From Turneriella sp. (GTDB lineage Bacteria > Spirochaetota > Leptospiria > Turneriellales > Turneriellaceae): a stretch of DNA of 64,000 bases. The notes under the pieces were generated by a model. The model saw only the letters and a program-made list of their open reading frames with translations, was not told the origin of the DNA and made no database searches. Positions 58,067 to 64,000 of the stretch are shown here, one piece after another (positions within the stretch are counted from its first letter, which is position 1; the number at the start of each line of letters is the position of its first letter). The DNA is taken from positions 2,976,001-3,040,000 of the forward strand of contig CBDIID010000003.1 of the NCBI GenBank assembly GCA_965279515.1, read 5' to 3'. The position numbers and the translations under genes are program-made.

Positions 58067-58596
58067 TCGAGCTCGATTCCGGTTTCTCCGTTCAATCCTT
58101 GCCTGAATCGAATCTGGCAGATTTTCACTGCGCCGAGAATTTGTTTAAGTTCTTCCGGGATGACGCCCAGGATACCGAAGATGAGCTGATTGCAAAAACC
58201 TATTTTTTGCATCTTGAAAACGTTCCTGAACCTTTAGTCGGCTTCTGCGTCAGCAATTCGGCAATCAGAGCAAACAATGATGTAGACATGACACTACCCG
58301 AGAATGTGAGGCATAAGGACTATCCCGCAGTCCTTCTCGGTAAATTAGCTACCCATACCAAGCATGGTGGCAAGGCCTATGGGCGAAGGGTAATTGACTT
58401 TCTCAAGATTTGGTTTGTTACACAGAATAAGACGGGTTGTCGCTATTTGATAGCCGACTCGGTGCCGGAAGCCGTAGGTTTTTATGAGAAATGTGGTTTT
58501 GAAACATACCCGATTCAAAAATCTTCGCAAACGAAGCTGATGTTTTTCGATCTTAAAGCATATGAAATTGCGCTGAGGCAAAAATTTGTGGAGTGA
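58063..58596 (+). CDS. GNAT acetyltransferase, AtaT/TacT-toxin-like
   Basis: FHC...KFF..DA, YPAVLLGKLA......GKAYG and GCRYLIADS...AVGFYEKCGF. Confidence 0.8.
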   Translation: MIELDSGFSVQSLPESNLADFHCAENLFKFFRDDAQDTEDELIAKTYFLHLENVPEPLVGFCVSNSAIRANNDVDMTLPENVRHKDYPAVLLGKLATHTKHGGKAYGRRVIDFLKIWFVTQNKTGCRYLIADSVPEAVGFYEKCGFETYPIQKSSQTKLMFFDLKAYEIALRQKFVE

Positions 58597-58797
58597 TTCT
58601 CTCCGCATTGGAGAGAGCCGTGGATAGTGGCGAACCTGGCGTCTCGCTTGCCGATCTCGCCCATAAAACGAAAAAAAGGTTTGCAGGCCTGGCCTATAAA
58701 CCCGCCGCCAATTTATGTATTAATACCCCCGCCGCCAAATTTTTGTGATTCGTAACTTTTCGCCCACCCTTGCCGGTTTTATTAATCTTGCAAGGTA

Positions 58798-59850
58798 ATG
58801 CCAACCCTCTTTGACCCGATAAAAATCGGCGACCTCGAACTCAAAAACCGTATCATCATGTCACCGCTCACGCGCTGCCGCGCCGTCGACGACCGCGTGC
58901 CCAACGCTCTCATGGCCGAGTATTACGAACAACGCGCCTCGGCGGGCATGATCATCAGCGAAGCGACGGCGGTGACGCCGATGGGCGTGGGGTATCCCGA
59001 CACGCCGGGCATCTGGTCGCCAGCGCAGACCGAAGCCTGGAAAAAGATCACCGCTGCCGTACATGCGAAGGGCGGCAAGATGCTGCTGCAACTCTGGCAT
59101 GTTGGTCGCATTTCTGATCCCTTTTACCTGAACGGAGAAACTCCCGTGGCACCGAGCGCGATTGCAGCGGGCGGTCATGTGAGTTTGATGCGGCCCAAGC
59201 AGGCCTATGTCACGCCGCGCGCTCTGGAGCTCCATGAAATTCCGGGAATCATCGAGGCATACCGTAAGGGCGCCGAGAACGCCAAAGCCGCGGGTTTCGA
59301 CGGTGTGGAGATCCACGGTGCAAACGGTTACCTGCTCGACCAGTTTCTGCAAGACAGCACCAACCACAGGACTGACCGTTATGGCGGCTCGCTCGAAAAC
59401 CGCGCGCGGCTGATGCTCGAAGTGGTCGACGCGGTTTTATCTGTCTGGCCCGCAGGCCGAGTGGGATTACACCTCGCGCCGAAGGGTGATTCCCATTCCA
59501 TGGGTGATTCGAATCTCGGCGAGACTTTTGTTTACATCGCGCGCGCCATGAAGAAGCGCGGTATTGCCTTTATCTGCACGCGCGATTACGTGGGTGAGGG
59601 CCATTTGGGCGCCGAGATTAAACGCGAATTCGGCGGCGTCTATATCGCGAACGAAAAATTCACCCAGGAAACCGCCGCTGAATTTGTCGCCATTGGCAAG
59701 GCGGATGCTGTCGCTTTTGGCAAACTCTTCATCGCCAACCCCGACCTCGTGCGACGGTTCCGGGAGAACCTGCCGCTCAATACGCCGGATGCTGCGACCT
59801 TTTATGCGCAGGGCGCGAAAGGCTACACAGACTATCCTTTTTACAGCTAG
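58798..59850 (+). CDS. Old yellow enzyme family alkene reductase (NemA/XenB-like)
   Basis: NRIIMSPLTR, QLWHVGR, GFDGVEIHGANGYLLDQF and GYTDYP. Confidence 0.95.
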   Translation: MPTLFDPIKIGDLELKNRIIMSPLTRCRAVDDRVPNALMAEYYEQRASAGMIISEATAVTPMGVGYPDTPGIWSPAQTEAWKKITAAVHAKGGKMLLQLWHVGRISDPFYLNGETPVAPSAIAAGGHVSLMRPKQAYVTPRALELHEIPGIIEAYRKGAENAKAAGFDGVEIHGANGYLLDQFLQDSTNHRTDRYGGSLENRARLMLEVVDAVLSVWPAGRVGLHLAPKGDSHSMGDSNLGETFVYIARAMKKRGIAFICTRDYVGEGHLGAEIKREFGGVYIANEKFTQETAAEFVAIGKADAVAFGKLFIANPDLVRRFRENLPLNTPDAATFYAQGAKGYTDYPFYS

Positions 59851-59974
59851 ACGGCGAGGTTACAAACTGCCGTGCCGGAAACTCCCCGGGCTCCCCGGGA
59901 ATTCTCCTAATTCACTTGACGACAAGTGATTACGACAGATGCCCTTATCCAAATTTTTTTTCGGAGGAAACAGG

Positions 59975-60454
59975 ATGAAGAAATTATTTGTATTAGGGGC
60001 AGCGTTATTTTTTGCCGCTTCTATCAGCGCAGTATGGTATCCCCATGAGGGTTCGGGTGTCACAGTGGATATTCCCAAAAGCTGGAAAGTCGATGGCACC
60101 AAGAATTCACTGCAGGCAACAAGCAAGCCGGGCAATGCGTTTGTTGTCATGAGAGTTTTAAAGGATGAGAAGACCGACGCAGTCCTTGCTCATCTCGACG
60201 AACAGCTGGAAACCCTGCTGAAAAACATTCAGCACGGCGCCTCAGAGCAGCTCGACTTGAATGGCCTGCAGGCGCACTGGACTGAAGGTACCGGCGAACT
60301 CAATGGCACCGCTGTCGAGTTTGATGTCGTTGTCGTCGCGACGCCGAGCGGCAAATATCTTCTGGTCATTGGTATGATCGCGGTAGATGCGGCGAAGAAA
60401 GAGCGTAAGGGTATCACACGAATTCTGCGCAGCGTAAAGGCGATCGAACAATAG
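59975..60454 (+). CDS. Hypothetical exported protein
   Basis: MKKLFVLGAALFF signal peptide, with GGAGG upstream of the ATG at 59975. Confidence 0.75.
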   Translation: MKKLFVLGAALFFAASISAVWYPHEGSGVTVDIPKSWKVDGTKNSLQATSKPGNAFVVMRVLKDEKTDAVLAHLDEQLETLLKNIQHGASEQLDLNGLQAHWTEGTGELNGTAVEFDVVVVATPSGKYLLVIGMIAVDAAKKERKGITRILRSVKAIEQ

Positions 60455-60461
60455 TCGAAAC

Positions 60462-60491
60462 TTCGGGGAATCCTGCCTGGAGTTCCCCGAA
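60462..60491. terminator. Putative bidirectional terminator hairpin
   Basis: TTCGGGGAA...TTCCCCGAA inverted repeat between convergent genes. Confidence 0.55.
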
Positions 60492-60506
60492 AATTTCAAT
60501 CGAAAG

Positions 60507-61868
60507 TTAACCCGTTAGCTTAAACGTTCCGAGGAACTCGGGCAGGTCGTTCAGGTCGAAGTGTGTCACCGACTTCGAGATCACCTTGCCTGTGCGCAGG
60601 TTCTTCACCTCGCCGAAACACGTGGTGTGTGAATACTGCAGGTTCCATGGATAGATCTGCTGCTTCTCGCCGACATACTGGTACGGTTCACCGTCGACCG
60701 TGAAGTCGAACGTGTAGCGGATCTTTTGATCTTGAATGTAACGCAGCTGCAGTGTGCCATAAACCGGCATATTCTCACACATGCCACCGATGGTCACGGT
60801 GCCTGCTAGTTCACTCAGCAAAAATTTCTGGTCATTGGCGGGATTCAAAAAATCGACGAGATTCTTCGGACCCCAGTCTGCCTTAAATTCAAACTTATGT
60901 TTGCCCGCAGGGCCGGCGCCGTCGACGAACTCATGTTCCCCAGACATGATCTCATGGATCTGGAAACCTTTTTCAGGGATGCCTTTTTTGGCGGTATCGA
61001 AGATCGAGCTGAGGATGCCACCTACGGCATCGACGACTTTGCCGAGGCCTAGGGATTCCTGCTGTTGTTTTGACATGAACGTATGCGTCATTTTATCCAT
61101 GACGTCTGCGGCGGAAGGCGCCACGCGGATATATTTGAAGAACTGGTTGAGTATGCTCACCATCTCGACATCTTTATCTTCTTTGACAGAGTCGAAAATC
61201 ATCTTCGCCACGGTTTCGGGTTTATCAGAATAGAGCGGCATGAACATAAAGAAGAGTTTTTCACCGATCGAGTTCGCTGTCGCCGTGTCATAGAAACCGG
61301 TGTTGACCAGGAATGGATAGACCGTCGTGACTTTGACATTATCGCGCGCGACTTCGACGTTCAGAATCTCTGACATCGCTCCGATTGCGAGTTTAGTCAC
61401 CGAATACGCACCCCAGGTCGGCGCACGGAAGTAAGCCTGGCCGCTCGAGACGTTGACGATATGGCCCGACTTTTTGTTTTTCATGTAAGGCAAAAAGGTC
61501 TGTATATGGTAGAGGGGTGCCCAGAAGTTGATATTCATCAGCTGCTGCCATTTCGCGAGCGGTGTGTCGGCGATTTCGGCGTTGTAACCGATGCCGGCGT
61601 TGTTAATGAGGATATCCACTCCGCCAAATTTGGCGGCGACGTCGACGGCCAGCTGCTCGACAGCCTTGAGGTCGGTCACATCGACGACCCGGGTCATGAT
61701 TTCGATGTCGTGTTTTGCCAGGCGCTGCTTCGCGTTTTCGAGTGCGAGCTCGTTGATGTCTGTCAGCACGAGGCGTGTTTTGGCCTCAGCGAAAAATCCG
61801 GCGGTGTTCAGGCCAATACCGCCACCCGCGCCGGTGATCAGTACGACTTTATTTCTGAGTTCTTTCAT
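60507..61868 (-). CDS. Short-chain dehydrogenase/reductase with an extra C-terminal beta-rich domain
   Basis: TGAGGGIG, NNAG, NVSS and YSVTK motifs, plus about 180 extra residues. Likely start MKELRN at 61868. Confidence 0.9.
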   Translation of the reverse strand: MKELRNKVVLITGAGGGIGLNTAGFFAEAKTRLVLTDINELALENAKQRLAKHDIEIMTRVVDVTDLKAVEQLAVDVAAKFGGVDILINNAGIGYNAEIADTPLAKWQQLMNINFWAPLYHIQTFLPYMKNKKSGHIVNVSSGQAYFRAPTWGAYSVTKLAIGAMSEILNVEVARDNVKVTTVYPFLVNTGFYDTATANSIGEKLFFMFMPLYSDKPETVAKMIFDSVKEDKDVEMVSILNQFFKYIRVAPSAADVMDKMTHTFMSKQQQESLGLGKVVDAVGGILSSIFDTAKKGIPEKGFQIHEIMSGEHEFVDGAGPAGKHKFEFKADWGPKNLVDFLNPANDQKFLLSELAGTVTIGGMCENMPVYGTLQLRYIQDQKIRYTFDFTVDGEPYQYVGEKQQIYPWNLQYSHTTCFGEVKNLRTGKVISKSVTHFDLNDLPEFLGTFKLTG

Positions 61869-62089
61869 AGGCCAAAGGTAATAATAGGTGAACGCGGCGT
61901 CAATAAAAAATGACATCGATGTCAGTAAGTGCGGCTTTGACCGTTTCTGTGGAAGTGACATAACAAAGGTATATCCCACCAAACCCCTAAAAAAACGGCA
62001 TGAAATTTGTTGTCCGGTTTTTGATTGACCACACGTCGTGAAAGACCGTCATTTCTTACGCCTCGTGTAATTACACCGGGCGATTAAAA

Positions 62090-62569
62090 ATGTTTAATAT
62101 CGAGGAAAATGTCGTTTATCCGATGCATGGCGTCGGTAAGATCATGGAAATCGCCACGAAGACGATTCTCAATAAAAAGAAAAAGTATTACGTTGTAGAG
62201 CTCATAAATACCAAAATGCGGGTCATGGTACCCGTCGATAATGCCGAGACCATTGGCCTCAGGCATATCATGGATAAAAAACAGATCCCCAAGATCGCCA
62301 AACTTCTTCAGGAAGAATATGTCGAACAGGAAGAAGACTGGAAGATACGCTACCAGAATAACCTGACCAAAGTAAAGTCAGGCTCTATTACCGCCGTTGC
62401 GGAGGTCTGTCGCAATCTTTATAAAAGAGCGCGGGATAAAGAGCTTTCAGTAATGGAGCGTAAGCTGTACGAATCGGCTTATTCTCTGATGATCAATGAA
62501 GTGGCGCTGGCGAAAGGCATTACTGCCGAAGACGCAAGCAACATGATCTCAGATATCCTTTCGAAATAG
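62090..62569 (+). CDS. carD: CarD/CdnL family RNA-polymerase-binding regulator
   Basis: [17 protein letters not shown]...IGLR and WK.RY..N..K.KSG. Confidence 0.93.
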   Translation: MFNIEENVVYPMHGVGKIMEIATKTILNKKKKYYVVELINTKMRVMVPVDNAETIGLRHIMDKKQIPKIAKLLQEEYVEQEEDWKIRYQNNLTKVKSGSITAVAEVCRNLYKRARDKELSVMERKLYESAYSLMINEVALAKGITAEDASNMISDILSK

Positions 62570-62608
62570 GATTCAAAACGGCTTTTCCTCCTTTTATAAG
62601 GAGGGAAC

Positions 62609-63502
62609 ATGAAAAATTCCCAAATCATGGCCGGCGCTCACCAAGGCGCAGCCAAAAGTTCATTGCCCTATGTATTGGGCGCGCTTGCCGGCATCGTTGC
62701 CGCGGGCTCACTTTATCCGTATCTCAAAGATATTCCGCAGGCCGCCACATACGGCGTACTCGCGTTATTAACTATAGCAAGCTCCATCGGTTTTGGCATT
62801 CTCTGGCCACAGCCGCAAAAAGTGCAGGTCGTGCCGAGCGTCACCGCCGCTGCGGCAAAGGTTGAAAAGCTGGATGTGGATGGCAAACCGGTTGTGACCA
62901 TCGAATCCAAGACCAAGATTCTCGATACTTCGATCATCATCGACGGCCGGATTATCGACATTGCTGCAACCGGCTTTCTCGAACCGCCTTTTCTTGTGCC
63001 GAACTTTGTTCTGCGTGAGATTCAGCTGATCTCCGATTCACCCGACGCGATCAAACGCAACCGCGGCCGCCGCGGTCTCGACATGCTGAACCAGCTGCAG
63101 AAGCGCAGCGATCTCGAAGTGAAGATCTCTTATAAAGACTACACCGAAACACGCGAAGTAGACCAGAAACTCATTCGCCTCGCGAAAGATACCGGTGGTT
63201 ACCTTGTGACCAACGACTTCAACCTCAACAAAGTCGCAGAACTGCAGGGCATCCGCGTACTCAACATGAACAACCTCGCGAACGCGCTGAAACCGGTCGT
63301 GTTGCCAGGTGAAGAACTCGAACTGCAGGTCGTTAAAGAAGGCAAAGACGAGAACCAGGGCATTGCCTACCTCGAAGACGGCACGATGGTCGTCGTCGAA
63401 GGCGGCGGCAAACTCATCGGCAAAAAAGTGAAGATCAACGTCACATCGGTTATTCAGACGAATGCCGGTAAGATGGTTTTCACGAAGTTAGCACAGAAGT
63501 GA
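62609..63502 (+). CDS. Membrane-anchored PIN/TRAM domain protein (YacL-like)
   Basis: [30 protein letters not shown] and [15 protein letters not shown]. Confidence 0.93.
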   Translation: MKNSQIMAGAHQGAAKSSLPYVLGALAGIVAAGSLYPYLKDIPQAATYGVLALLTIASSIGFGILWPQPQKVQVVPSVTAAAAKVEKLDVDGKPVVTIESKTKILDTSIIIDGRIIDIAATGFLEPPFLVPNFVLREIQLISDSPDAIKRNRGRRGLDMLNQLQKRSDLEVKISYKDYTETREVDQKLIRLAKDTGGYLVTNDFNLNKVAELQGIRVLNMNNLANALKPVVLPGEELELQVVKEGKDENQGIAYLEDGTMVVVEGGGKLIGKKVKINVTSVIQTNAGKMVFTKLAQK

Positions 63503-63600
63503 CCCCTCCCCGGCCTACGGCCACCCCTCCCCACTAACGTGGAGAGGGGACTTCGGGTACCCCCTCTCCATGTAATGGGGCGGGGGTTAGGGGGTGGGGC
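63503..63600. repeat. REP-like palindromic element, copy 3 (double hairpin)
   Basis: CCCCTCCCCAC..GTGGAGAGGGG and CCCCTCTCCAT..ATGGGGCGGGG, ending GGGGGTTAGGGGGTGGGGC. That end is the reverse complement of GCCCCACCCCCTAACCCCC in copy 1. Confidence 0.8.
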
Positions 63601-64000
63601 GTGAACGCATTACTCTTACTCATGGGTGGCTCCGGAGAACGCTTCGGCGGTGCTATGCCCAAACAGTTTCTGGAAATCGAATTCGAAGGCGCAAAGCGCC
63701 CCCTGTTCGAAGTTACGGCGCGCAAACTTCTCGCGGCGCTGCCCCTCGATATTGTTATCTTTGTTTCGCCCAAAAACACGATGGGCGCATCTGTGGTAAA
63801 TCCCGTGATCGAACGCCTGACGGCGGATTTCCCCGGGCGGAAAATGCAATATGCCGCAGCCGGCGCGACGCGCTACGGTAGTTTCGGTAATGGCATCGCC
63901 GCGGCTGCAAAATTCGATGGCCTTGAGCGCGTGCTGGTGCACGACGCCAATCGGCCTTATCTTCAAGTCGCATTTTTAGAACGTGTGGCATCCCACCTGA
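63601..64000 (+). CDS. ispD: 2-C-methyl-D-erythritol 4-phosphate cytidylyltransferase, 5' part (runs off the window edge)
   Basis: Manual translation from GTG 63601: MNALLLLMGGSGERFGGAMPKQFLEI...AGATRYGS...VLVHDANRP. Canonical position after carD and PIN/TRAM. Confidence 0.9.
   Translation, partial: MNALLLLMGGSGERFGGAMPKQFLEIEFEGAKRPLFEVTARKLLAALPLDIVIFVSPKNTMGASVVNPVIERLTADFPGRKMQYAAAGATRYGSFGNGIAAAAKFDGLERVLVHDANRPYLQVAFLERVASHL

Noticed and set aside
54583..58798. Prophage, IS or integrative element carrying the R-M/GNAT islet
   Set aside because: No integrase, transposase, tRNA target or convincing flanking direct repeat was found. Only a short AATTTATG match occurs at both ends.
63594..63881. 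95-aa ORF from the ORF track
   Set aside because: Wrong frame. The frame from GTG 63601 gives clear IspD motifs.

Overview
A gene-dense bacterial chromosome segment of moderate GC content. Several features suggest a Leptospiraceae spirochaete, possibly Turneriella-like, though this is inference: 7TM-DISM/AraC regulators, a SpoIIE phosphatase with the DAMGKSMQGAGG motif, a two-cNMP-domain protein, DUF1566 lipoproteins and the carD-PIN/TRAM-ispD cluster. The window runs from the 5' end of murC to the 5' part of ispD. It holds housekeeping and envelope genes, an nrtX/nrtY-like SPFH plus NAD-kinase-fold pair, and a small defence islet (helicase-less Type ISP-like/IIG restriction-modification enzyme plus a GNAT toxin-antitoxin-like pair). 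The most striking structure is a recurring surface-protein cassette: membrane-embedded AraC sensor, then a secreted TolB_N/FlgO/CsgG-like protein with a beta-barrel-like C-terminus, then a translationally coupled large Cys/Gly/Thr-rich lipoprotein cargo. The cargoes are a beta-helix, a 7-blade FG-GAP propeller and Ig plus DUF1566 proteins; a related SBBP-propeller lipoprotein follows an AraC gene directly. A conserved ~28-bp palindromic motif lies upstream of three of these units. Four REP-like palindromes sit at operon junctions, and one is apparently translated in frame. I found no rRNA, tRNA, CRISPR array, transposase or integrase. All domain calls come from motif recognition by eye, not database searches.
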